Assembly (NCBI GenBank): GCA_963733055.1
Contig: CAVTBR010000003.1
Coordinates: forward strand, 672,001 to 736,000
DNA from: Candidatus Bathyarchaeota archaeon
GTDB taxonomy: Archaea > Thermoproteota > Bathyarchaeia > 40CM-2-53-6
Reading direction: 5' to 3'
DNA: 64,000 nucleotides
Part shown: piece after piece, positions 30,801 through 39,772 of the stretch
How the letters are laid out: each line of letters begins with the position of its first letter
Position numbering within the stretch: the stretch's first letter is position 1
Translations under genes and position numbers: made by a program
Notes under the pieces: generated by a model
Database searches by the model: none
The model's input: only the letters and a program-made list of their open reading frames with translations
Told to the model about the DNA's origin: nothing

Positions 30801-31428
30801 AGAAGTAGCGTCAATAGGCGGCGTAAACGAGCTTGCCTCTTCACAATACGACGAGGTTAAGGAGAATTACAAGCACCTTGCCTCAAGAATCTACGACCTA
30901 GAGAAAGAGAAACTCTCCATCGTACGGTTCATGAATGAACTTGACCAGCGGAAACTGGAGGCGTTCATGAAAGCATTCAACCAGGTCAGCGCATCATTCG
31001 ATGAAATCTTCTCCACTGTCACAAGCGGATCGGGACGCTTGTTCCTAGAGAACCCCGAGAAGCCGTTCGAGGCCGGAGCGGACATCAAGCTGCAATTTCC
31101 AGGCAAGACTATGATGACTATCGGAAGCGCCAGCGGCGGGGAGAAGTCTGTCGGCACAGTCTGCTTCATCTTAGCACTTCAAGCCATCCACCCCATGCCT
31201 TTCTATATGATGGATGAAATTGACGCCCACCTAGACGTCGTTAATTCCCAGAAGCTTGCCGAGCTTCTGAAATCGAAGTCGAAGGGTTCACAATTCATAG
31301 TCGTCTCGTTGAAAGATGTGACAATTTCTCGCGCTGACGCTGTCTACGGCGTGTTCATTCAAGAGGGAGTTTCTCAGGTCGTCGGGTTACCGATGCAAGA
31401 GGTGAGGCCGGTTGGAAGAGCTAAGTAA
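27877..31428 (+). CDS. smc: Chromosome segregation protein SMC
   Basis: GPNGSGKSN Walker A, hinge GVYG, long coiled coils, SGGEKS, MDEIDAHLD. Confidence 0.97.
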   Translation: MVYIKRIDLRGFKTFGKKATVHLERGLTIVTGPNGSGKSNILDSVKFALGELSPKELRGETIGDLIHKGAQASTTHSAWVAVQFDNHDRRIPVDAEAVTISREFRRGGEGIYRMNGRKISRKQLTDILSSADIQVSSYNIVPQHAITRLAEVTAEERRKIIEDMIGIAVYDTKKTAAQAELQKADVNLQVASAKIEEVRLRVESLEKERNDFLKFIQIRSEMYELQAKAVSHKILKAKQEAADLEGQMNENQQQIHELKTKRDQLIQEKGRLETEKRAYEDTVGEKGSNRLLEVQRAMGDINATIAGLRSQADHIKSNTKLLQTQKGELEQNSTEIEKKISSSRMELQQLESQHESILKELDSKQALADASFNALTGLRETLGERNKEAEDLERTIGGLNNRIFKFDAQIKASATKIDLLNNHLLTLKSRKEEYETVLQNITKRLEDLRAAKVEEEKRASAADAKSAGYNAIKKQRSTEIESANAVAKRAALALAEIDTQRTIAQNFASDDKALRLIEEMAKAGTVTGVYGRLANLIKVKKGILKPVEAAAAGWLKAIVVKDMETAIYCIEVLKKTKVGRIKLIPLKGLQTPRKTSIPKEIPEIVGPMTEQLEFDEQIRPAIEYVFGDTVLTSTQKSAFLTSLKGIRAVAATGDLYEPGGGMETGYFRQPLDMSKLLLDGQTVCELKNTLVSLEKLTLKAREEIKRINQEVLDQGRNKTQSLNLAHLTEREIETISESLERAHKIVDETAVRIDQLNREIVTENIVLEACASKKKHLQAPLSTYEQSKESMSIRSQSTTLLERENEHSRLTSEANDLLRQRIEIEGHMQGLSSTVTAIEPTLDQTKVQITSIDSQLRKLSDELLQTEAELPKFEEQLKESNTTRDQLSEELAGVKKKRDEYNEQLRKLEAEITEILEELDPATSKLADVSASNKHMQMQIEFHLNELKQLGYTEVTEVSDDEMERVEKILPVLKKEVASIGGVNELASSQYDEVKENYKHLASRIYDLEKEKLSIVRFMNELDQRKLEAFMKAFNQVSASFDEIFSTVTSGSGRLFLENPEKPFEAGADIKLQFPGKTMMTIGSASGGEKSVGTVCFILALQAIHPMPFYMMDEIDAHLDVVNSQKLAELLKSKSKGSQFIVVSLKDVTISRADAVYGVFIQEGVSQVVGLPMQEVRPVGRAK

Positions 31429-32083
31429 ACCGTTCTGGCTGCGACCACCCTACCTGATCCTGTTCGACCTACTCAGGCTTCACCGCATCAAACCTTGGGA
31501 CGTGGACATCACGGAACTCCTAAACTCCTTCCTAGGGGAGATGAAAAAGAACGGTTTCATCGACTTCTCCGCCTCTGGAACCGCCCTACTCTCATCGTCA
31601 GTGGTTCACCGAATGAAATCAGAACTCGTCCTCAAGATGGAGGAACCACCGAAACCCCCAACACCCAGGCCCAACGAGGAAATACCACCCCCGTTACCCT
31701 TTCCCCTACGCTTCGAATACACATCCACCTCAGTCGCAGAAATCCTACGCACGCTCCAAGAAGTGCTAGCGAACGAGAAAGCCGTCTTGGCGAAGAAACC
31801 TTTCATTCTAAGCCCGCCATCGGTCTTCGAACAGTTCGACGAGTTCCTGGCCAACATTGAAGAAAATATTGAAACTTACTATGGCCACTTGATCAAGCTC
31901 AGCATTAGGGGATTACCGCTCTCATTCAGGAAGTTGGTTGAAGGCCAGACCTTCGTGGAGTGGGTAAGAGTGTTCATCATGCTGCTCTTCCTGGCCAACG
32001 AAAAGAAGATCCTCTTGACGCAGAACGAGGGGGATTCTGATTTGTACATAAGATTAGGTGAGGTCTCACCCCCAATTGTCTGA
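31412..32083 (+). CDS. scpA: Kleisin ScpA
   Basis: IKPWDVDI, DFSASG.ALLSSS, FIMLLFLA..KI.L.Q; follows smc. Confidence 0.88.
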   Translation: MEELSKPFWLRPPYLILFDLLRLHRIKPWDVDITELLNSFLGEMKKNGFIDFSASGTALLSSSVVHRMKSELVLKMEEPPKPPTPRPNEEIPPPLPFPLRFEYTSTSVAEILRTLQEVLANEKAVLAKKPFILSPPSVFEQFDEFLANIEENIETYYGHLIKLSIRGLPLSFRKLVEGQTFVEWVRVFIMLLFLANEKKILLTQNEGDSDLYIRLGEVSPPIV

Positions 32084-32711
32084 ACCCACGCCCCCGCCCC
32101 CACCTGAACCTAAGCTTTCAATCCCGAAAGCCAGAACGAAAGTCGCTTTGATCGAAGCCGCGCTCTATGTCACTGGAAAGCCCTTAGACCTAAAGACGCT
32201 GGGCTCGGTCGTGGAATTCAGATCGGAGGACAAGATCAAGGAACTAGCACGGCATCTCAAGGCAAAGTACAGGGCCGACGATAGCTGCCTCGAAGTCTTA
32301 GAGTTAAGCGACGGAAGGTTCGTCATGCAACTCAAACCACAGTACGTTAGCCACGTAAAGCGCCTCGCTACCAGGCAACTACTAACGCCAGGCCCCATGA
32401 AGACGCTATCCTTCATCGCCTACCGACAACCAGTCACTCAGTCTTATCTCGCGAAGGTCCGCGGAAGCCTAGCCTACTCGCACGTGAGACAACTCCGTGA
32501 GATAGGCTTGATTGCTGAGGAGAGATTAGGGCGAACGAAGGTCCTCCGCACGACCCCGAACTTTGCGGACTACTTCAACCTAAGCCATGAACCCCAAGCC
32601 CAGAAGAAGCAGCTGGAACGACTCTTCGACAACATCAAAATGCAAAGAACACCGAAGAAAGCCGAAATACCAAACCCCGTTCCAGTCTCAAAACCAGAAC
32701 AACTACTCTGA
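32076..32711 (+). CDS. scpB: SMC-Scp complex subunit ScpB
   Basis: IEAALYVTGKPL, TLSFIAYRQPVTQ, TTPNFADYF; TTG 32076 after GGTGAGGT. Confidence 0.92.
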   Translation: MSEPTPPPPPEPKLSIPKARTKVALIEAALYVTGKPLDLKTLGSVVEFRSEDKIKELARHLKAKYRADDSCLEVLELSDGRFVMQLKPQYVSHVKRLATRQLLTPGPMKTLSFIAYRQPVTQSYLAKVRGSLAYSHVRQLREIGLIAEERLGRTKVLRTTPNFADYFNLSHEPQAQKKQLERLFDNIKMQRTPKKAEIPNPVPVSKPEQLL

Positions 32712-32838
32712 GCCAACTCTACCGACGAGAAAGAACAAAGCTTTCGACCTCAGGTTCTGGTTCCGTCTCGTTTGGCGACGACAAGTGGTCAACGCTAATC
32801 CAAAACGCTAGTAAGGCAAAAGCCAGCATAAGTCGAAC

Positions 32839-33069
32839 TTGAAGTCGAACAAAATGGGGAGGCGTTTGATAGTAGCGGTCGTCCTTGTTGAGATGATCTT
32901 CTTGTTAATCTCATTCTTCTTGCTGAGCAAAGCTACAACGCATGTAAGCCTTAGCCAACAAATGGTTCTGGAAATCGTCGGGGTTCTCCTAATCCTAGTC
33001 GCGTTCATAGTGAGTGCTCAATATGAACCACTTAGCGGTGTCCTGAGCGGACCCTCCCTTGGCCCCTAA
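32839..33069 (+). CDS. Small 2-TM membrane protein
   Basis: Two hydrophobic segments. Confidence 0.5.
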   Translation: MKSNKMGRRLIVAVVLVEMIFLLISFFLLSKATTHVSLSQQMVLEIVGVLLILVAFIVSAQYEPLSGVLSGPSLGP

Positions 33070-33212
33070 CTGAGTAGATCTCACGACCAAACGAAAAGTA
33101 ACAACCCTAGAAATTGAACCTACCATCGTTAAGGTCCCAAAGTCTGACCTCACAATGCTTAAATGAACCGCTCCACGCCTCTGATCGAAATCGCGATCAG
33201 GAGTTAGTTTGA

Positions 33213-33608
33213 TTGCCCCAATGGCATGGAGATCTTCACAAGAGAAAGAAGAGCGGTGGTAAGAAGCACATTTTCCGCGGTAAGCGCGCGTTTGAGATGG
33301 GTAGCGATCCAGCGCAAACCATTGTTGGAGAGAAGCGTTTTTCGTTACGGAGGGGCCACGGCGGGAGAATAAAACTAGCAGCTCTGGCGGTTGACACAGT
33401 CAATGTAACTGACCCGGCAACTGGAAAGAGCCAGAAGACTGAGATTCAAGGGGTCGCGAAGAATCCAGCTAACGTCGACTACCAACGACGTGGCGTAATT
33501 ACCAAAGGCGCAGTACTCGATACTCCTCTCGGTCAGGCGGTCGTTACTTCGAGACCTGGACAACACGGCGTTGTAAACGCAATCCTAATCCAGAGTACAC
33601 AGAAGTAA
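33213..33608 (+). CDS. rps8e: 30S ribosomal protein S8e
   Basis: HKRKKSGG, RRGVITKGA, TSRPGQHGVVNA. Confidence 0.96.
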   Translation: MPQWHGDLHKRKKSGGKKHIFRGKRAFEMGSDPAQTIVGEKRFSLRRGHGGRIKLAALAVDTVNVTDPATGKSQKTEIQGVAKNPANVDYQRRGVITKGAVLDTPLGQAVVTSRPGQHGVVNAILIQSTQK

Positions 33609-33638
33609 GAGTTCGCGCCGTCCTCGAAGGCGTGACGC

Positions 33639-33947
33639 TTGAAACTTCATGGAAAGTCGGTGATCTGGCCGGCGAACCTTGATTCAACTAAATCCAGAAA
33701 AGCCGGGCGAAAACTCGCAAAAGGCCCGGCTGTACAAACTCCCAAGCTGGAAGAGCTAAAGGATGCTGCAACCCAGCTCGCCATCGAACATGAAGCCGTA
33801 GGTGGGAAGTCTAGGCCGAACAGTTGGTGGGAAAAGGGAGGTTATCTCATCGTCCCAAGGGCGAACCCTCGATCCAAACTCCTCCGCTCCCTCGCAACCG
33901 AGATTCGCAAACAGAGAGTTACGAAGGAGAAAGACAAGAAGCCCTAG
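33639..33947 (+). CDS. srp19: Signal recognition particle SRP19
   Basis: VIWPANLDSTKSRKAGRK, P..WW..GG. Confidence 0.9.
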   Translation: MKLHGKSVIWPANLDSTKSRKAGRKLAKGPAVQTPKLEELKDAATQLAIEHEAVGGKSRPNSWWEKGGYLIVPRANPRSKLLRSLATEIRKQRVTKEKDKKP

Positions 33948-33951
33948 CCCT

Positions 33952-35226
33952 TCAAACGTCTCCCACTAAGATAACTTCCACTTCTTCACCCGCCTCGATA
34001 GCTCTGACTGATTCGGGAATCGTCACGATCCCATTAGCGTCGACCATGCTCGCCAACACCGACGAACGCTGAACTTTCAAGGGCTCAGCTAGAAAACCTG
34101 TCTGTCCCCTTTCAACCTTAACGCGCACAAACGTTCGTAGGTTTGGTGCACCTGAGATTCTCTCTTTAAGCACCGCTCTTATCGATGACTCGATCGGGAT
34201 AGGAGATCCAGTCATTTTAGTCAAAAGCCTAGGCACGAAAGTCTTGAAGGCGACGATTGCTGAGACTGGGAAACCGGGCAGTGAGACTATTGGCTTGCCG
34301 TTTATGACCGCTAGTCCGGTTGGCATGGCCGGTCGCATTGCGACTCCATGTACTAGCATGCCGGGTTTTCCGAGGCTGTTGATGCAACCTGGGACGAGGT
34401 CTCTCTTGCCAACCGAAGACCCAGCCGTGACTAGGACTATGTTCGTGGTGCGTAAACCCTTCTTGAGTGCTCGTGTTATTTCTCGGGGCTCATCCTTAGC
34501 TATGCCTAGGTCAACGGTTTCGGCCCCTAGTTCCCGCACCATCGCTGAAATTATGGGACGATTTATGTCGACGATCTTCGCACTTTGATTCGCGGGTTGT
34601 GAGTTTACGAGCTCGCTTCCTGTCGATAGGATTCCTACGCGGACCTTTCTAACGACGAGGACCTTGGTCAGGCCCAATGCCTTGAGTGCTCCAATATCTT
34701 CGGGTCTTAACCGTCTGCCCTTGCGGAGGATCAGCCGACCTGGTGCGAAGTCCGCTCCCTTGCGTGTCACGCCCTCTCCTGGAGTTGTAGTAGAATGGAT
34801 CCCGACCCTGTTCCCCTGTAGCCTTGTCGTGTGTTCGACCATCATGACCGAATCAGCTCCTCGCGGCAAGCGGCTCCCTGTTGCAACCGCGACCGCTTGC
34901 CCTGAGACAATCTTCAAGTGACAAGGTTGGCCAAGTTTACTTTCTCCAACGACCTCCAAAACTACCTCATTAGCCTGAGACGCGCCTTGAAGGTCGTTTG
35001 ATTGAACCGCGTAACCATCCAATGCCGACAGATCAGCTGCTGGAAGGTATCTTCGTGCAATGGCATCTTTTGCCAGGATCCTACCTACGGCATCGTGAAT
35101 CAGAACCCTTTCGGCTCTTTCTTTCATATAGCCAACGGCTTGCAGAAATGCATGATTTGCATCTTCTATGGTTGAGAGTTGCCAGAATCCTTTCGTCTCC
35201 ATAAGCTTCAATCCTACAGTTCCCAA
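33952..35226 (-). CDS. moeA: Molybdopterin molybdotransferase MoeA
   Basis: SALDGYAV, ATGSRLPRGADSV, STGSEL, GSSVGKRD, LPGFPVS. Confidence 0.93.
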   Translation of the reverse strand: MGTVGLKLMETKGFWQLSTIEDANHAFLQAVGYMKERAERVLIHDAVGRILAKDAIARRYLPAADLSALDGYAVQSNDLQGASQANEVVLEVVGESKLGQPCHLKIVSGQAVAVATGSRLPRGADSVMMVEHTTRLQGNRVGIHSTTTPGEGVTRKGADFAPGRLILRKGRRLRPEDIGALKALGLTKVLVVRKVRVGILSTGSELVNSQPANQSAKIVDINRPIISAMVRELGAETVDLGIAKDEPREITRALKKGLRTTNIVLVTAGSSVGKRDLVPGCINSLGKPGMLVHGVAMRPAMPTGLAVINGKPIVSLPGFPVSAIVAFKTFVPRLLTKMTGSPIPIESSIRAVLKERISGAPNLRTFVRVKVERGQTGFLAEPLKVQRSSVLASMVDANGIVTIPESVRAIEAGEEVEVILVGDV

Positions 35227-35269
35227 ACGAAGATATTATTCCAGCCCTATGTAACCCAAGCTGACGCTC

Positions 35270-35506
35270 TTGCAATTACCCGCAAGCCTTGCGATCGGAG
35301 TCCTTTCCGTCGGGGCAGTAGTAGTCCTATTGTCGGGACTAGTTGGGTGGACTAGAAGCCGGCGCGAGAAGTCAGCTGAGCCCATCATTGAGCTTGAGAA
35401 ACTCGTGAATTGTAAATCGTGCGGATCGCTCATGCCTGAGGGTGCCCGCAAATGCGCATTTTGCGGTGCTTGGCAGAGGCAGGAACCGATTCCGGAGAAC
35501 AAATAA
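35270..35506 (+). CDS. Membrane-anchored zinc-ribbon protein
   Basis: N-terminal TM, CKSCG...CAFCG. Confidence 0.7.
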   Translation: MQLPASLAIGVLSVGAVVVLLSGLVGWTRSRREKSAEPIIELEKLVNCKSCGSLMPEGARKCAFCGAWQRQEPIPENK

Positions 35507-35550
35507 AGAGCTAACAGGAAATGCGCGAACGCCGCCGAACGGACACACGA

Positions 35551-35678
35551 GCCGCCGTATGCGAATGTTACGCAGACGATAGCTCAGTGGTGGAGCAGCG
35601 GATCCTTCGCAAGAAGGAGCTGAAGCTGTTAAACGGGCAGAAACCCGTTGGTCGCAGGTTCGAGCCCTGCCGGCGGCG
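35551..35678 (+). tRNA. tRNA-Asn(GTT) with three introns (8/9: 35559-35580; 30/31: 35602-35624; 37/38: 35632-35642)
   Basis: Spliced product folds: acceptor GCCGCCG/CGGCGGC, D stem GCTC/GAGC, anticodon stem GCGGG/CCCGT with loop CTGTTAA, T arm GCAGG-TTCGAGC-CCTGC, discriminator G; each intron junction forms a BHB-type motif. Confidence 0.9.
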
Positions 35679-35698
35679 CTATTGATTTCACTAGCAAG

Positions 35699-36115
35699 TC
35701 AGCTGCTCGGGGTAATGACTAGGAAGTTTTTGCAGACGAGATCTCCGCGTACGTTTTGGCCAGTCGCGATGGTTCCTACGCTATAGGACCCTGAAGGCAA
35801 TCCTCTAGCCAAAGTCACGTTGTATTGCCCAGCTGGGACAACTAGCGTTACGATGGCGTTGGATCCACCGAAGCCTTCCAGGCCTGGGCAGCTAGGTTCA
35901 GGGTAAATAGCGAGATCTGTTGGGCCTCCACCGGAGTAATAGAATTCTATGGGTTGTTTTGCTATTGGAGCCGCGGGTGAGTAGCTTATGGTGGGAGGAC
36001 TTTGCCCATAGGCAAGGTTAGTCGAAGTTAGGATTGCGACAGCAACCATAGCGATTCCCAGTAGCTTCCGCAAATCATAGGTCAAAGTGAAACGCCAAAC
36101 TCCGACGGCTAACAC
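35699..36115 (-). CDS. Putative secreted beta-rich protein
   Basis: Signal-peptide-like segment (LLGIAMVAVAILTSTNLAYGQ), two Cys. Confidence 0.6.
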   Translation of the reverse strand: MLAVGVWRFTLTYDLRKLLGIAMVAVAILTSTNLAYGQSPPTISYSPAAPIAKQPIEFYYSGGGPTDLAIYPEPSCPGLEGFGGSNAIVTLVVPAGQYNVTLARGLPSGSYSVGTIATGQNVRGDLVCKNFLVITPSS

Positions 36116-36280
36116 CGTAGAGTCGGATATAATCAGTCGGATCGAGGGAGCATGCTATTGCTATGCAGCTCTAATCCTCACCAAATTATCAGCTACAGTT
36201 TTGACAGCAAATAGTGAGAGTCCAAAGGCTAAAGTGTCGCCCAGATTGTCTCGTCGTTCGTAAGTTCCCCAGAATCCTAG

Positions 36281-36715
36281 ATGATCGGATTGTCGAGAGC
36301 GCAGATTCATGAATTTCAAATGAAGGATTACGACGCGATTCTTGGGCTCTGGAAGGCGGCCGGCTTGGTCATCAGGCCGGGTGACGATGTAAGTGGGGTG
36401 CGAACGAAATTGCTGCGAGATCCCGACCTTTTCCTTACCGCGCTGATGGGGGAGGAGATTGTCGGGTGTATCATCGGCGGGTGGGATGGACGGCGCGGAT
36501 GGATATATCATCTGGCCGTGAAACCATCCGATCAAAGGCAAGGTATAGCTACAGCTCTCCTAACCGAGGTTGAGAAGCGTCTGGCTGAGAAAGGGGCGAA
36601 GAAGGTTAACGCTCAAATTTACGAGTCGAATGAGAAGTCTATGAAGTTCTTCAAGAAACGAGGTTACGAAACGCATGCCGACCTTGTAATGGTCGGCAAG
36701 TACCTGAAAGGTTGA
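36281..36715 (+). CDS. GNAT acetyltransferase (YpeA-like)
   Basis: GGWDGRRGWIYHLAV, QRQGIA, N..SMKFFKKRGY. Confidence 0.9.
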   Translation: MIGLSRAQIHEFQMKDYDAILGLWKAAGLVIRPGDDVSGVRTKLLRDPDLFLTALMGEEIVGCIIGGWDGRRGWIYHLAVKPSDQRQGIATALLTEVEKRLAEKGAKKVNAQIYESNEKSMKFFKKRGYETHADLVMVGKYLKG

Positions 36716-36724
36716 GGGTTCCGA

Positions 36725-37789
36725 CTAATTGGCTCGTGCTTCGGGAAGGGGTAGGTATTCACAGATTGGGGAGGGCTTCTCCAAGATGCGGTTTATAGTT
36801 ACTTCGCCGACCATTCGACAATATTTTGATATTTGACCTAGGTTCCAGACTATAATCCTGAGGCTGGCTGCGATAACTGGGTCCTTCACGTAGGCGAGAA
36901 CTTTCTGAGTCAATTTTCTTTCGTCGTTTTCCGCTGACTCGACCATTTCCACCGCCTCGTTGGACATGGCGATGTCTCCGGTGAGAAGGGCTTTCATGGT
37001 TTGTTCTGAGGTCTTGGTTGTCTGTGTTGCGAATTTTGATATGTCGTTCAATATGGCGTCGCTAGTGACCTCCTTATCCTTCAACGCTAGGACTTCGTTT
37101 GCGATGTTCTCTGCTGAATCAGCCATTTCTTCAAGCATCTTAGCGACAACTCTGTTCCCCGCGATATGGACGGGAGACTCAATCCCGATCTTCATGCCCA
37201 CACTCCGATCGCGTATGGCGAGCAGCAACTGCCGCACAATGAGCCAATATATTCTATCTGACTCCTCCTCCATATGCGTGACTTCAGTCGCGAGTTCGGG
37301 CCGCCTCTCAACCAAGGCTTTGATTGAAACGTCAACCATCGAGGTGATGATGATGTGCAGACGGCGCATAAGGCCGTAGATAGGGAAGCGTGTGGGGTCG
37401 ACGAAACTCTGGAGGGTTATCTGTTTGATTGTTTGCTCCACTATACTGAGTCCGGTGAGTCGTTGTGTCGTCGCCCGTATCTCTTCCAGATGGGCCTTCT
37501 TCAATTCATCCTTGGCCTGGATCTGAATGGTGTCATGGCCGAGGATGTAGTTGGCGGTTATGACGCGGGTCAGGAGATGGGTTGAGTTGCAGAGATCGGC
37601 GTTCACTATGCAATTCCTGATTTCGTCCCGTTTGTGTTCGGTGCCGGGGAAGAGTTTCAGTGATCCATCGTCCTCTCGTTTAATGGATACAATGTCTCCG
37701 GCCTTGAGCTTCACATCTTCAACCCAGTCTCGAGGCAGGGAGACGGTGAGAGTTGAGTACCCTACGCGCTGCACTTTACGAGCTTCCAA
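36725..37789 (-). CDS. AbrB-PhoU phosphate-uptake-regulator family protein (paralog 1)
   Basis: RKVQRVGYSTLTVSLPRDWV AbrB domain; PhoU repeats EEESDRIY. Confidence 0.9.
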   Translation of the reverse strand: MEARKVQRVGYSTLTVSLPRDWVEDVKLKAGDIVSIKREDDGSLKLFPGTEHKRDEIRNCIVNADLCNSTHLLTRVITANYILGHDTIQIQAKDELKKAHLEEIRATTQRLTGLSIVEQTIKQITLQSFVDPTRFPIYGLMRRLHIIITSMVDVSIKALVERRPELATEVTHMEEESDRIYWLIVRQLLLAIRDRSVGMKIGIESPVHIAGNRVVAKMLEEMADSAENIANEVLALKDKEVTSDAILNDISKFATQTTKTSEQTMKALLTGDIAMSNEAVEMVESAENDERKLTQKVLAYVKDPVIAASLRIIVWNLGQISKYCRMVGEVTINRILEKPSPICEYLPLPEARAN

Positions 37790-37854
37790 AATCTCGCCTC
37801 GGTGAAATATACTCTAAGCAGTAGAATATATGCTTCTATAGTGTTTTTCACACT

Positions 37855-39160
37855 CTAAACTAACCTAAGGCAACTATAGAGATTACAATAAGGCATCAAG
37901 AAAACTGTATCGCTGGCGTGGGGGCTTACTCTAGTTACTTGGCCACCCGCGAACACGTACGACGAGACGTATTCCGCGATCCGTTTCATTCCGAGGTCTA
38001 TTCTTTGTTCGGGTTCGCTTACGAAAGTCAGCCGGATATGTCCTGCTCCTTTTTCTCCAAAGAATGAGCCGGGTATTGCAACGACACCCTTTTGCTTGAG
38101 CAAGTGGTCGCACAACTCCATGTCCGTTTGATCCATTTCAGCCAGATACTTCTTCATATCAACGAAAAAGTAGAATGCTCCATCTGGCTTCACGGTGGTC
38201 GGCGTCAGGCAAATACTTCTGGATAGATTGTTCCATGAAGTTTCTTCGCGCAAGATACGTTGGAATGACCATCTCTCTCAGATACTTCTCCTTGACATCC
38301 CCAGTCAAGAAGCGCAGCATTGCAAGTTGGCTTAACGTATTTGGTGCTAGCGTCGTGTATTGCTTTATCTTCTCCATGCCGTCAATGACCTGGGCTGGGC
38401 CCAACGCGTAACCTAGCCGCAACCCAGGCACGGATGCCTCCTTCGAAAAACTTCCAGTGGAGATGACTCGTTCGTGTGCTCCGGGTAGGGAGGTGAGTTT
38501 GGGTTGAATGTTTTCGCCGTAGACTATGTCGCGATATGTTGCGTCATATATGATCCAGAAATCGTTGTCAACGGCCATGTCCAAGAGGCCTTTGACAAAC
38601 GGGAGGCGAGCAATCCTTCCCGTTGGATTGTCGGGGCTGAGCAAAACTACAACTTTGGTCCGCCGAGAAACCAACGACTGCAGCAGTTCGAGGCTCGGTT
38701 GGTATCCGTCTTTCACGGAAACCGGCAGTCGCACGATCCGTCCCCCAGCAAGCTGCGCTGCCTCTGAGTAACCGAGGTAAGTCGGGTCGGCAAGGATTAC
38801 TTCGTCGTTCTTGTTGAGTATCGAATGGAAAGCGGCGAAGATAGCTTCGGTGGCTCCTTCGCTCAATATTACCTCGGTTTCGGGGTCATAGGCTTCGCCT
38901 TGATGCCGAGCCCAATCATCCGCGATAAGGCTTCTAAGCTCTAGGTAGCCTCTCGTCCCCGAGTAAACGATCGTTCCCTGAGGATCTTTAGACATCATCC
39001 GAATAATTTCGTTTGACACTTCTTTGGGCGGTGGTAGGCTGGGAGCACCGCCGCCGAAGGAAATTATCTCCTTCCGATTGTTCGCTTCTGCGAGGAGTGC
39101 TGCAACGCGGCGGATGGGGGAGACGTGGAGTGCGCCAACACGGTCAGATAGAGTTACCAT
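37855..39160 (-). CDS. PLP-dependent class I/II aminotransferase (frameshift near 38195; 3' end uncertain)
   Basis: SPDNPTG, DATY, GSFSK..VPGLRLG; C-terminal PDGAFY, IPGSFFG, HIRLTF in the shifted frame. Confidence 0.88.
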
Positions 39161-39296
39161 CTGTATGCCCGCCATCTCGTGCTTGGTTACTGTGCGCCGA
39201 TTCCTACCTCCGAACTTAAGGTATATGCAGTGCGATAACGCACCAAGTTTGATAACCAACATGTATTACGAGTAAGGAGAAATATCAAGCGAGTGT

Positions 39297-39767
39297 ATGA
39301 TCGAGTCGAGTGGATCGCTCTTGTGTCTAAACTTCGTTGAGGGCGGAAGATGCCACCTCATTGATGGAAAATGCCTCCTGGGCGAACGCGGCGCTACCGC
39401 TAGGAATTCTGATGGAGCATGTGAGTTTCATGGCAAGTTTGACGTGTGGCTGACCAACAGCAACGATGTCTTCATCACGGACATGGGTTTTCCATCGGAT
39501 GAACCGAAACAGTGCTTAGCCCTTGGCGTCAATGAGAACCTTGCTCGAAATATCGCGACGGAGAAATCTGAGAAGTTCGCAACCAGAGTCATGACGAGCG
39601 AGAGGGGATGCGTCCGATGCGGGGCTCGCTATTGGATATCGCAACACCAACGATCGCTAGGGTTACATGAAACAGGGCATAACCATTTCTGTCCGGATTG
39701 CATCGGCCGCGTAACAGAGCAGGAAAAGGAGCGTAGACTAGGGGCTCAGCGTTACTGGTGCGGATGA
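39297..39767 (+). CDS. Cys-rich hypothetical protein
   Basis: Ten Cys, including CVRCG and CPDC. Confidence 0.6.
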   Translation: MIESSGSLLCLNFVEGGRCHLIDGKCLLGERGATARNSDGACEFHGKFDVWLTNSNDVFITDMGFPSDEPKQCLALGVNENLARNIATEKSEKFATRVMTSERGCVRCGARYWISQHQRSLGLHETGHNHFCPDCIGRVTEQEKERRLGAQRYWCG

Positions 39768-39772
39768 CCCCT

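Noticed and set aside
35531-35550. Possible fourth intron in the acceptor stem, using the upstream GCCGCCG as exon 1
   Set aside because: No BHB central helix found in the registers I tried; treated as leader instead
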